Of a stretch of 43,951 nucleotides of DNA, positions 1-11,197 are shown piece after piece. Under the pieces are notes generated by a model. The model ran no database searches, had not been told where the DNA came from, and was given only the letters and a program-made list of their open reading frames with translations. Each line of letters starts with the position of its first letter. Positions within the stretch are counted from its first letter, which is position 1. This DNA is from Fistulifera solaris (taxonomy: Eukaryota): the NCBI GenBank assembly GCA_030295235.1, contig AP026123.1:2666001-2709951 (forward strand), written 5' to 3'. A program made the translations under genes and the position numbers.

Positions 1-1224
1 ATTGATACCGAAAAGAAAATTGTCAGTTGTGAATCCGTCTTTTGTGAAGGAAATTCGTGCGCCATTGAAGACTTTTCCATTCCCTACGATCGTCTCATTG
101 TGACGGTCGGAGCACAAACAAACACGTTTGGTATCCCCGGCGTTCGGGAACGGTGCAACTTCTTGAAGCAAATTGAAGACGCCCGACGCATCCGGGCTTC
201 GATTGTGAACTGCTTTGAGCGTGCCAACTTGCCCGGCTTGTCGGATGAAGAACGTGAACAGAACTTGACCTTTGCGGTGATCGGAGCCGGACCGACGGGC
301 ATTGAGTTTGCGGCGGAGTTGCGTGATTTTGTCGAACAGGATGGTCCAAAGTACTATCCGCGTCTGCTCAAATATGTGCGCATCAAGATTATTGAGGCGT
401 CTTCCACGGTATTAGCTCCATTCGATAAGTCTTTGCAAGAAGAAGCCATTTTGCAAATGAACAAGAGCGTGTTAATCAAAGATCCCGAAGTGCGAAATTT
501 GCTGCCCGAACGCTTCAAATTGACCGAACTGTTACTCGACAGCTCCGTGAAGGAAGTTGGAGAAGACACTATCTTTTTGAATGACGGCACGAAAGTACCG
601 TACGGCATGGCAGTGTGGGCGGCTGGAAACGGTCCTCTTCCCATTACGTTGAGTTTGATTGACAAGATGGGCGAGGAGCAAACGAAACAACAAGACGTTG
701 CCCGCGGACGTCTCGCGATCGACCCTTGGATGCGTGTGATTGGTTCGGAAGGACAAATTTTGGCGTTTGGTGATTGCTCTTGCATTACGGCCGGGCAATT
801 ACCCGCCACAGCGCAAGTCGCTTCACAACAGGGCGAGTATCTGGCCAACTTAATGAATCGCAAATACGAATTCAGTCCTCCCCGCTCCGAGGATGGCATC
901 TTTCCGCCACCGAAGAAAGATCCAGTCCGCACCGAATCATCCTTCTCCGATGCGATTGCTAGTTTTGCCATCAACAACAGCGAATACGCAAAACCGTTTC
1001 AGTTTTTGAATTTGGGTATTTTGGCGTACACGGGCGGCGGCTCGGCCTTGGCACAAGTGACTCCAGCCCCAAATGCAGAAAGTATCAAAGGCACTGGCAA
1101 AATCGGGAATGCTGTCTGGCGAAGCGTGTATCTGAGCAAACAAGTATCGTGGAGAAACCGGCTGTTGGTTCTGAACGACTGGACGAAACGACAGTTATTC
1201 GGTCGGGATGTCACGCGAATTTAG
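1..1224 (+). CDS. Type II (alternative, rotenone-insensitive) NADH dehydrogenase, 5'-truncated by the window edge
   Basis: Frame 1 is open from base 1 (IDTEKKIVSC...PYDRLIVTVGAQTNTFGIPGV). It has the NADH-binding VIGAGPTGIEFAAEL, FAD-site AFGDC, quinone-site PATAQVASQQG and the NDH-2 C-terminus WRSVYLSKQVSWRNR. Confidence 0.93.
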   Translation: MDTEKKIVSCESVFCEGNSCAIEDFSIPYDRLIVTVGAQTNTFGIPGVRERCNFLKQIEDARRIRASIVNCFERANLPGLSDEEREQNLTFAVIGAGPTGIEFAAELRDFVEQDGPKYYPRLLKYVRIKIIEASSTVLAPFDKSLQEEAILQMNKSVLIKDPEVRNLLPERFKLTELLLDSSVKEVGEDTIFLNDGTKVPYGMAVWAAGNGPLPITLSLIDKMGEEQTKQQDVARGRLAIDPWMRVIGSEGQILAFGDCSCITAGQLPATAQVASQQGEYLANLMNRKYEFSPPRSEDGIFPPPKKDPVRTESSFSDAIASFAINNSEYAKPFQFLNLGILAYTGGGSALAQVTPAPNAESIKGTGKIGNAVWRSVYLSKQVSWRNRLLVLNDWTKRQLFGRDVTRI

Positions 1225-1366
1225 ATATACAGAAACGAGACGACTCGACGCTATCACCGTTTAAGATTATACGGCATATCTCCGTTTCCTTTCAACAAGA
1301 ATAATTTAAAATATTATGCTTTCTGTTTTCGCAAACGAGTGAACACAGCACTTAATGACTCTCTAG

Positions 1367-1780
1367 TCAGTCTCTGGATTCCTCGGCAGCCAATTGCCGA
1401 CGACGTCTCTCTTCCATTACCATTTCTTTGTATTCTCTTGTAATATCAATTTTAGTTTTATCACTCATTCCCATTCCATTGTAAACACCATCGACTTTTC
1501 CCGACGGATTGTATTTTCGTTTTCCGTAAAAGACTTCTCCGTTGCCCATTCGTTTGGACATGAAATCGTCGATAACATCGTCCATATTCTTCAGAATATC
1601 GGTAATTCCTTGAAATGGACTTTGTAGCCACAAATTGTTGTTATTCGAGTTATCCTTGCCGGTCAAAGCAAGTGGAGAAGCGTGTTTTCTCCCGGAAGAT
1701 CCGACAGCTGGGCTCACAAGGAAGCCTTCTCCACGCATTAACAGTGCCGTAAACAGCGCGAAAACAACCCACCGCCTCAT
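1367..1780 (-). CDS. Small (~137 aa) hypothetical protein, probably plastid-targeted
   Basis: The ATG at 1780 gives MRRWVVFALFTALLMRGEG|FLVSP: a signal peptide, Phe at +1 (ASAFAP-like) and a Ser/basic transit peptide. The C-terminal block DDFMSKRMGNGEVFYGKRKYNPSG looks conserved. The upstream extension of the ORF to 2140 looks non-coding. Confidence 0.7.
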   Translation of the reverse strand: MRRWVVFALFTALLMRGEGFLVSPAVGSSGRKHASPLALTGKDNSNNNNLWLQSPFQGITDILKNMDDVIDDFMSKRMGNGEVFYGKRKYNPSGKVDGVYNGMGMSDKTKIDITREYKEMVMEERRRRQLAAEESRD

Positions 1781-2155
1781 TTTGTTTAGAATACAATAGA
1801 AGAGAGAATGACAGAAGTTCAAATGCCTATCTTGGATACAGAGGGTTACATGAATATGTGAATAATAATAACAAGGAAATAAAACAGAGACGCGAGAAAG
1901 AATGCGCTGACGAAGCGGCGTGTTATTCACTGTAGCTTTGAATGTACCCCAGTCGGAACGCAAATCTTTCGCGTGCTCGACGCGCGTAGCAATCAAAGCT
2001 ATATAATCCGAGCGCTTTTCGAGACAATGAATGATCGAAATTAATGTCGACACTTGCTCAGCGTAATAAGGCATGTCCGTGGATAAAGTTCCGACGAAAT
2101 GCGTCGCTTTTGGACCCAAGCAATGGTAATTCGAATTCAATAAACTCGGAAATTA

Positions 2156-2379
2156 CTACATCGATAAAATTCCTACGGGGCCTACGTGAATTTCGCGTAG
2201 ACAATCGAAACGTTGTATCTTTGCTCTTCTCAAAGTTTTGATCTAAAATTGATTGCGAGCTTCGTCAATTTTTTTTAATAGTGCATGTTGTAAATGCTGG
2301 TTCGACATTTTATTGTGTTGCGCTCAAGCATGGATCTAGTTGGAAAATGGATGACAAAAACACAATATCCGGGTTTCCC
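2156..2379 (+). repeat. ~220-bp dispersed repeat, copy 1
   Basis: Starts CTACATCGATAAAATTCCTACGGGGCCTACGTGAA and ends ACACAATATCCGGGTTTCCC. Both ends recur on the minus strand at 8014-8237 with the same 224-bp span. Confidence 0.8.
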
Positions 2380-2502
2380 ATCGCCTCGTCCTCCACCAAT
2401 ATTTGTTACCTGGTATTATTTGTGCCGTTTCACGTCTTGCTGTTTCTTGGTTAATCACGATGTACGATATAACTACAATAAAACACATTTTGTCCACTAG
2501 AA

Positions 2503-5500
2503 ATGCCTCACAACAAAGGAATCAACAAAGGTAAAAAGGGAAGAAGCAACAAAAGCCGCCATAACAAGCAGCCGGTCGATAATAACGGGCAGAAGCCGTC
2601 GCTTCTTAAAGGGATGCAAAAGAAGCTCCCGACTTTTCACAACAAAACGAAAGATACACCGAATGACTCGACCGCCGATAGTATCGGAGGTGGATATTAT
2701 ACAATGTATAAAGAAGCGACGTGGAAGTTTCACAAGTGGATGTCGGAGAAAGCCTGTCTGAGTTTCAAACTTGTATCGGTGAATGATTATCGCCGAGCCA
2801 TGCAACAAGTTTTAGATCATAATATGAGCATCTTTTTAAAGAATGGAGAGAAGGACTCGGAAGAACACATCGTGGCGCCACCGGATATAATGGCGAGTCT
2901 AGCATCGAGCATTCGTTTGCGCGAAAAAGTTACAGCCAACCGATTTGGCTCGAAAGATGGAGGAGATCTTGGCCATCGGTACATCATCGATGTGCTCAAG
3001 TTCTGCCACAATGCTCTGCGGTTTGGTAATAGAGTTGCTACGATCATTAGTACAAAAGATAGCGAAGAAACGGTTGTAGAGGATGAAATTGGTGGCCGAT
3101 TTCATATTTTGTCAGTGGACGATGACGACTCGGAGAAAGATACTGATTGGGAGAAGATAGACCGCGATATCGAGGAACGAAACCTTCCGAAATACACCGG
3201 AGTTGAATTAGAGGAAGAAATTGATATCAAGGAAGTCCTTCTCAAGGGCGACGATCGATTTCAGGCTAATGCGCTGCTCTATACGATGGACGATTACATG
3301 GGAGCCATTCACAACCATTTCACCCTTCTCAAATATTACTTGAGAGGAAATCATGAATTGCACGAAACTTCAAGTTGTATGCAACTTCTGTTGGAATGTA
3401 CAGTTGCCGCCAATGCGGCCATTCAAAGTGTGAACCAGGCAGAGAATGAAATGATGATTGATCACCCACACCTTTCATCATTCTACCATGTGCTTGCGCT
3501 CGTGAAAATGCCTGATGTGTTAGCAGGCATTATTAAATTGATCGAAAAGCCAAGGTTGGAAAAGAACCCTCACATGGCGCTCCATTTCTTGGCGGAGATC
3601 GTTGAGTGTTCATTTCACCATGGAGGAAAAGAACGAATTCCAAGTATCGTGAACCGATTGTCAAAAAGTCAGGTATGGACTCGCAGTATACCGAGAAATT
3701 GGCACGGGGTGTCAGTTTTCGCGTTGCCTTCGAGGTGATGTTACAATGGGAGGAACCCATCAATAAAGATCTTATTGTCGAATTGGGTGCAGAGGGAGTC
3801 AAGCCACACACGTGGCTCGGAGACTGTGAGTTTATTGGTGGCGACTGTTGCATTTTAAATACGCAAAGAATCGTTCAAACGATCATGGGGCTTCTTGAAG
3901 ATGGGAAAAAGCTGGTCGGGAAGCGAGGGCATTGGGGGCCACAATTTAATGAAAGCATCCCTGTTAGCCGCATACGGGGAGATCTTGACGATCCGTTCGC
4001 ATCTTGTATCATTCCAGAAATTATTGAAACCTCGCGATACAGGCCCTTTGAATGTTTGCCTGAACGGCCACATCTCATTCCAATTTTCGACATGTTGAGA
4101 AAATTTGTAGGCGGTGATCGAAAAAGTCCAGTTCCTGTAGCTTTGTCCTTCGGGCTACATGCAATTCTGATGTCTATCTTTGTGGTTCAAGGAGACGGCG
4201 ATTTGGCACGAGTTGCTGATCATTCGAAACAGTCGTACAATACATTGTATAATCAATTGGAAGACCTGTCTGATTTCACAAAGTTGCCGGGAAATGCTCC
4301 TACATTTTACCACAATGTTTCGTTGTTTGGTATTTTTCGACAGTTTGCGACTCCCCTTAAATCTCAAGCTGATCTAAGTCAAGCTGTGGATCCGGTTATT
4401 TCCGAGAGACTTGCATTTTGGAATCCTCTCATTGGAGGAGAATATATGCTCTATGCCACATATATATGCTCGATCAACTTGGGGTCTGCAACCGTTGATT
4501 CAATGGGCCAGCTTCGGCTTGTCCTGCACCTATATAATGCGCTCAAGCTCCGCTTCCCGACGTTTGAAGTGCCTCTGCTAGAGAAAACAGACACAGTATT
4601 TAGCAAGACTAGAGCAGTTTGGGTCGGAGGAAAGCCAACACAAGGATCTTGTTGCAAGGTGTTTTGGATGTCGTGGGGAATGAGCGCGAGTGGAGCTGCA
4701 CGCCAGGTTTCTGATTACGCACGCGATAGTAGTGCTTTTGGTTACTGTTCCAAGAACTTGCAAGATGATTTCAGGTAAGTTTTTGTCTTCATGTACTAAT
4801 AATGAACGCGAAGAAGGCTTTTGGTTACATCATCCGTCGTAATTTTTACACAGAGCGTTGGATGAGATTCGTCCAGATGAATTTTGTGCCTCGTATCGGC
4901 ATCTTGTTCAACAAGATTTCTCATCTGAAGATCTCGAGAACCATTACACTAACTGAAACAAAACCGGCGCGGACGCAAAAACAAAACATCATTACAACGC
5001 CTTTGTCAACCTGTTGACCCGAATCAATATCACACGTGACGCTATGGATGATGACGAACAAAATGTTCTTCCATTGAACTTCTCTGCCGTCGGATCTGTT
5101 TTGCTAGAGTTCGTCAATGCTTTGTCCGATCACATGGGTTGGTCGAATATGATTGCTGACTTCATTCGAAACAATCCTGAAGTTCGAACTAGTAAGACTA
5201 TGAAAGGGAAAGCCCTGAAAGGTTTTACTGCATCAGACGTGAATAACAAGCACCAGGGTTTAGCCCATATTTGGGGACTGCTTTTATCATTTCTTGACAA
5301 CAACTCTCCTGAGCTGTTGCTACCGGCCTATAATGCTGACGAAATCTGCAAGTTTACCAGATCCTTCTTCAGTCAGGTCGATAAAACTCGGTATACGTTC
5401 TTCGTCGAAGAAGAAAATATTCCCAAGGAAGATCAACGCAATCCTTTGAAAGGATCATATCCATACGGTCGAACGGGGAAGACGGCAAACGATCCGCTCC

Positions 5501-5847
5501 ATGCATACTTGTGTTTCGGGTTGAGCAGACGTGGTACATTAAACGCAAGACTTATCACTCCCGGTCATCTCACCCCGCGCGAAGGTCTTCCTAGTTATGA
5601 CGGCGAAAAGAAGTTGAAACGAGGACCTAGCGGGAAATACCGCCATATTGCTAGTTACAGCTTGGAAGAACTTCTCGATCTGATTTGGGACGGTTCACTG
5701 TATGTGCCGACGAAAGGGTCACACGAGGTAGATGGGCATCACGTTCCGTTTATTCCTGGATACGACTCAGACAGTGAAGACGAGTATGAGCCGATTGATA
5801 TCGAACGCGGATTGCGAGAGGGTACGGTGGGTCTGTCGGATGCTTAG
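2503..5847 (+). CDS. Large hypothetical protein with an N-terminal DUF6604-like domain (frameshifted in this sequence)
   Basis: ORFs 2503-3738, 3606-4778 and 5014-5847 join through a frameshift near 3650, a GT-AG intron at 4775-4853 and further shifts near 4950-5000. YKEATWKFHKWM...SIRLREKV...GHRYIIDVL resembles the DUF6604 pattern as I recall it. Confidence 0.65.
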
Positions 5848-7689
5848 GTGGGCTTGTTCATGTTAATACCCGGCGATGAAGAGCCCAAGCTCGTGCAGAT
5901 CCAGAGAGGACAGAGACGCCAGTGCTAGATTTGCGTGCTACTCGGCCTTATCAATCTGCGCAAAATCATAGTTTACTTAGAAAAGAAGACTCGCTTCGTG
6001 TATTTCCTAGACGGCCAACGGCATGCCTCGTCACCACGTGATCAATGAATGAATATTCCATTGCGAGGACCCTCGAATTCATCTATTCAGAGCAATTAGA
6101 CCAGCCTCAACTCTTACGGTCGAAATTAAGCCCTGCGCAAAGTTTCAATACCACACAAACTACCATCCTTCAAACCGAAGCTCCACAACTACGTCAATTA
6201 TGTGATTTATCGCTGGATTAAAGGAAGAATTGGCAAGTAGTAAGCAGATAATGAAGGAAAGAAAGGTGCTCGACGGACCCGGAAAACGACGCGGCTATTC
6301 ATTGTCGAAAAATATTTCTCATGGGGGCTACGTGTGTGGTTCTTGGGTCAGGAATCCTCTTTTCTTACACTGTTTGTCAATGCTGTTTACGCTACCACAA
6401 TACTTTAGAATTACAGAGCGATAAAATGGTTCATTTTACGTGCGTTTTTTTGTCATCGTCGCGTTTTGCGATGCATATAGTAACGCATGCGCTCGCTTTT
6501 CGTTTCGACTATTATGCAACGCGGCTGCCTTTCTTCCACGCACCACTCCACCGTTCTCACTGCCGTCAACAGCAATTTAATCCGTCCAGTCCTCTAAACA
6601 AGACCAATTGCATGGCCAGAAGCGACGAATTTGCGAACGACGTTTCAGATAACAACACCGCGCCACTTTCGGTACCAGTACCCTCCTTGTGAAGCGTCAC
6701 AACTAATAGAATTTTTTGTCTTTTGAAGTGCAACCATCAATGATGAACTGCAACGGACAAACGCTATACACTCGACATGACCCTAACGCAGCGACTCAGG
6801 GAAAGGTTGATGTCATAAAGAGATGGATCGAGAGTCGCCTTAATATCCGTAAATGCAAGAACGACCGTTTGCGCGGGTCTTCGAGCTCCCGCATAAGCTC
6901 CCTTTGACGGGTGTGCAATTTTATTCAATGCAAAGGTATTTGTTGCATTGCCGCAACACACAGACCAGACCTAATGACCAAGGATGTCATAATCTCTAGT
7001 GTTAAATATCGACCAGTGATCAGTAAGCTTTTCTGCCGAGGATTGGACGCCTTTTGAAAACTTAACGCGCTTATAATCGCAGACTTCTCGAGTATTCTCG
7101 CCCGTCTTCCGCTCTCAAAAAGCCGCAAACCTCGTCAAAAGACAAATTTCTCATGACGACGGCCTTCTCTATTTGTTTTGAGGTATACATTGCGACATAT
7201 GTAACGCACACGACGCGTCGAAGGCGCAAGAAAGAGCAAATCATTCGTCAAACAGAAGCGTCGTGCGTTAAAAACACCAAACACCATTCGCTTGTCCGCA
7301 TTTTCCGCTTTATAATAAGCTCTAAAAAAGGCCCAGAGAGCTACTTTCCCCCCCTCAGAAGACCGATGACTCAAGCAATAATGTGACGGAGATAAAGGAG
7401 TGCATTACGAACGATTCGTAGCCTCTCGAAGCTAAAGAGAATATGAATTATTATTGTTAGTTTTCTGGATCTTCATTGTGCGCTTTTGTCGTCGCGTCGC
7501 ACCCACGCCATATTTACAAACTACTATAGCGGTAATAAGTGTATATTACTCCGTGACAAATAATTTTCCAAGACTGCATCTCAGTCAGGGAGTCAGGAGT
7601 TGTGGCGCACGCATCACGCAGGCGCAGGCGTCTTTTGTGGACATCAATGGCAAAAATACTTTTACCATCATCGCTTATGCCTACCAGGA

Positions 7690-8237
7690 AACAACAATTC
7701 ACTTTGATTTGGCAATGAAACACGAAACAATACAAAGATACAACGCTTCCAATGTCTACGGGTATCTTGCGTAGCCGCCCTAGGAAATTTATCTCTGCAG
7801 GGGAACCCGGAGTTTGTATATTTTTCCATCGTCCATTTCTTGAATTTTCAGTGCTCAAATGTGAACGTTATCTTGCGCACCGTATTTGCGTCGTATCGAT
7901 AAGCAGCATCCGCCATTGATTCGAAACCAAAACGATGATAAAACAATTGATGCACCGCTTTTAATGTCTGCATAGTTTTCACGTAGCTCTCGTAGGGAAA
8001 TTTATCGACAGAGGGGAAACCCGGATATTGTGTAATTTCCTCAATTGAAATGTATGGAGTAATTTTCGAGTCTCTTTGCCAAAAAAGTGACTGTCAGCTT
8101 ATCACCAACGTAGCTACCTTTATTGATAAATAATTTCGACATCAATTTGAATCAAAATGAAGAAATGAGGAAAGATGCAAGGCAACGAAAGTCTACGTCT
8201 GTTTCACGTAGGCCTCGTAGGAATTTTATCGATGTAG
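7690..8237 (-). repeat. Head-to-tail array of the ~220-bp repeat (two full units and one partial)
   Basis: Units lie at 8014-8237 and 7801-8013, with a partial unit from 7800 downward. Each starts with a variant of CTACATCGATAAAATTCCTACG..CTACG and the full units end in a variant of ACAATATCCGGGTTTCCC. Confidence 0.75.
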
Positions 8238-8689
8238 GCACGAGACTACAGACGAGACTACAGTTTTCGTCATAGTCAGTAGCAAAGCCTCTCGCCTCGC
8301 GACGAGGCCTCGAAATGCGATCGCTCATCGTCGTCTCGTTATATTATTGTCGCCTTTTGCACTTCTCATTCATAATGATCTTGATGATAATAATTAACTT
8401 CTCTTGTTTGATTTGTATTTTTATCATCAATCCCGTTTTCGTCGGAGACGCAAATTGGCGATCGAAAACTGGTCTCGAAAACGGAAACGGCTGAAAAGAA
8501 ACGGCGCTCCGCACGACTTACTTGACAATCAACCTGTCGCATCCTTCTTTCCTTCTTCTCACAATTGCACCTTGTGTCAAATCACACACGAGGTACAATT
8601 TGTCACTAACAGAGCAGTGAATCTTTTCACTCGCTCACCTTGTTTCTATTTTGCTTATTGCAGTCAGGTAATATAATGATCTTCGTCCG

Positions 8690-9600
8690 CAGGGAAGCCT
8701 CATACCGACGGGTAGTGCACGGGCCCTGCGGAGTAGCTTCCTGCCACAATGGGAGCAACGAGAAATCGCGTGTGCCTTGAGCCTCCGTCCTTCTCTTGCT
8801 CTGGAGAGAGGCCGAGTGATGTGCTGATCCCTGAGGCCTTCACCGCTCCTCGCCTCAAATTCTCTGTTTCAAGGAATGAGTGTATGTGCTGCGCCTCGGG
8901 GCCTTCACCGCTCCTCGCCTTGATTCTCTTTGAAAAGCGCCATGGCAAAGACCATGGACAAAGTGCGGCCTGAGGGTAAGTTCAGTGTTGGTACCAGCGT
9001 ATGCGTGGCAGGTTGCGAAGTAAGAGGAGAGAAGCTTACTCGACACCCAAAGATGGTGTCGTGCTGGAGGAAAAACTCCAAGCACAATAAATCCACGGTG
9101 ACGACCTGGTATGCAATCACTCCGTAAAGTTGCCATGGAAATTCCACGACAGAGGAGGATGGCACCAACGGCGACGGCCTCACAGGAGGACCGATACGAC
9201 CGATTGCGATGACCATACCTATCCCGGTGGCGTCCCCCAGATTGGCGGCCGACCCCCGCTAAAGGAGGGCCGGCTGAAAACCAGCTGGAAGAGGTTAGCT
9301 CCATATTAAGGCAGCGTGGTAGAAATTCCACCCGAAGGATGACCCCGGCGACTAAAAGTCGACTGAGAAGGCATACCTTGAGGTGGCGGCCCCGTGTTAG
9401 GGCCAAGTCCCAGCATCGAGAAGGCTCGCTCTACCCGACCCCCAATGGGGGTTGTTTGATTGCATGAAAGCATACGCGTCCCCCGTCCGACAAAGGGCGG
9501 CGCCCAAAAGCGGTGAAAAATGGATCACAAAAGTGTAAGCTCTCTTCCACACAGTCTCAGTCAAAGGACTGAGACTGCGCCAGCAAATAGCTGGCCGATA
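8690..9600. other. GC-rich, hairpin-dense block with no convincing ORF; probable TE-derived sequence or structured RNA
   Basis: Perfect 11-bp stem CAGTCTCAGTC-AAAG-GACTGAGACTG at 9552-9577, several smaller stems from 9240 to 9595, and an internal ~50-bp duplication (core GGCCTTCACCGCTCCTCGCCT near 8835 and 8900). Confidence 0.4.
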
Positions 9601-9789
9601 AGATCAATCTGACGCAAAAGTAAAAGGACAATACAGAAATAATATAAACTAGAAACAAGCAACACACAAGAAGAACCGCTTATATTTAGTTGTAGTTTTA
9701 GTTGCAAAAGAAGCAAAAGCATTTTATCTAGATTTTGCAGCAACGGTAGGTTGAGCTCATTCCGTCGTACTAGTCTAGTCATTTCATAG

Positions 9790-10560
9790 TTATTGAGAGT
9801 AATTTGCTTGTCGAGCCGCGCGTGTGCACCATCTTCTTGCTAGAAGCGAGAATAAAGCGCACATTTGATTGGCTTCGGCCAACTCGTGTCGACGCAAGGT
9901 AACAGAGAGCGGCTGACAGTTAACAACAGGCTAAGTCTTCTTTCGTTTTCAGCAAGAGCTGAGACACTCGAGTATAGTTTCACCGTTGTCGTTACCAGAG
10001 GACAACTTGCAGACAGCACGAGGTTCGGATGATTCCACTTGCAGCAATTTCTGCATTTTTCCGAAGACTGGCTTCGTTGGGCCATTATGTGAAGCTGGAC
10101 TCCATATTTGAAATGCCGAATGAGAATAGCCACACTCCGAAGAGCGCTGTGCAAGAACTTGTCCAAGCTGCGCTTGTCAAGTGCCAACTTAAGTACAGGT
10201 TTTTGATGTGGGCATTTGTGGAGAAAATGGTCACATCAATCCTTACCTGCAACTGTTGCTCTGTGGCGTGTCAACGCACCAAGAACTGCGTCATCTCAAT
10301 ATATGCGTTGAAAATGATGATTTCGGTTTAGAGTTTGTTTATCTCTGACGGTTGCTATCGCGTAAGAGAAAGATAGGAGTGACGACGGCAATGAATATGT
10401 TTATTCTGATGACGGGACTGTCGACGAACTCTATTCCCTGAATCGTTTCTATCGAGGATCGAGGGATCTATTCCAAACACAATCCACCAGTCTTCCCTCC
10501 GAACGTCGAACATTGGTGGAAACGTATTCGATCTAATACTCTCCTGTCCGCCGCCTCCAT
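9790..10560 (+). pseudogene. Degraded remnant of an RNI/LRR-like multigene family resembling one expanded in Fistulifera
   Basis: Fragments across frames with stops and shifts: LLSFSARAETLEYS, AFFRRLASLGHYVKL, AVQELVQAAL, NDDFGLEFVYL*RLLSRKRKI, YSDDGTVDELYSLNRFYRGS. The family assignment is from memory. Confidence 0.6.
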
Positions 10561-11197
10561 TCTCGAGTTCAACGCAATGAATGCAATTTGGCGGCGTGCA
10601 AAAAACACAAAGAAATTCTCATCAGCGCGCTAGCACCTTGTGAGGCGGAAAAGTGATTGACTGCTGCATTGTGTTTAGAACAGATGAATCGTCATCCTTT
10701 TGGTAGGTAACACTACCTTGACTCTAGACTGCTAGACTCGTACCTGGTAGAAGGAAAGCGAAATATGGAAAACACTTTGGTCCATACTAAAATGCGACAG
10801 ACAACGTTTCGCCAGACTCGTCGACGTAAAATATAAAGACATGTGTAATGAAAACGTTGCTTTAAGATTTGTATTGCATCAACGACAAAGGGAGCTTGAG
10901 AAATCTGGGCGAACGAATGATTTGTAGGTAACATTATTGTCGCTCGAAAGAATATGAATTCATGACTAAAATGCAGTCGTGGACAAGTTATTCTACAATA
11001 TCGACTTGATCGACTATAGTAAATATGGACATTGATAAGGTTAAGGATTAGAGCAACGGATGCGATGCGATGATCATCGCATTCGTTTTCATCACGACAT
11101 AATTATTTTATTGACAGCTGTGAACTTTTTAAAAAACCGTTCCCTATCTTGTTTTGAATAGTGTTTTATAACAGCTGGGTAAGGAGTTACAAACGAC

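Noticed and set aside
1781..2140. N-terminal extension of the 257-aa ORF at 1367-2140
   Set aside because: It begins at a non-ATG codon and precedes a clear signal peptide starting at 1780.
6230..7400. Possible gene or pseudogene from several short + strand ORFs
   Set aside because: No recognisable domain and no consistent frame or splice pattern; it may be a decayed gene but cannot be supported.
8820..9240. HDV-like ribozyme suggested by CTCCTCGC and CTCCTGTG loops
   Set aside because: I could not build the required P1/P3/P1.1 pairings by eye, so it is left to a covariance-model search.
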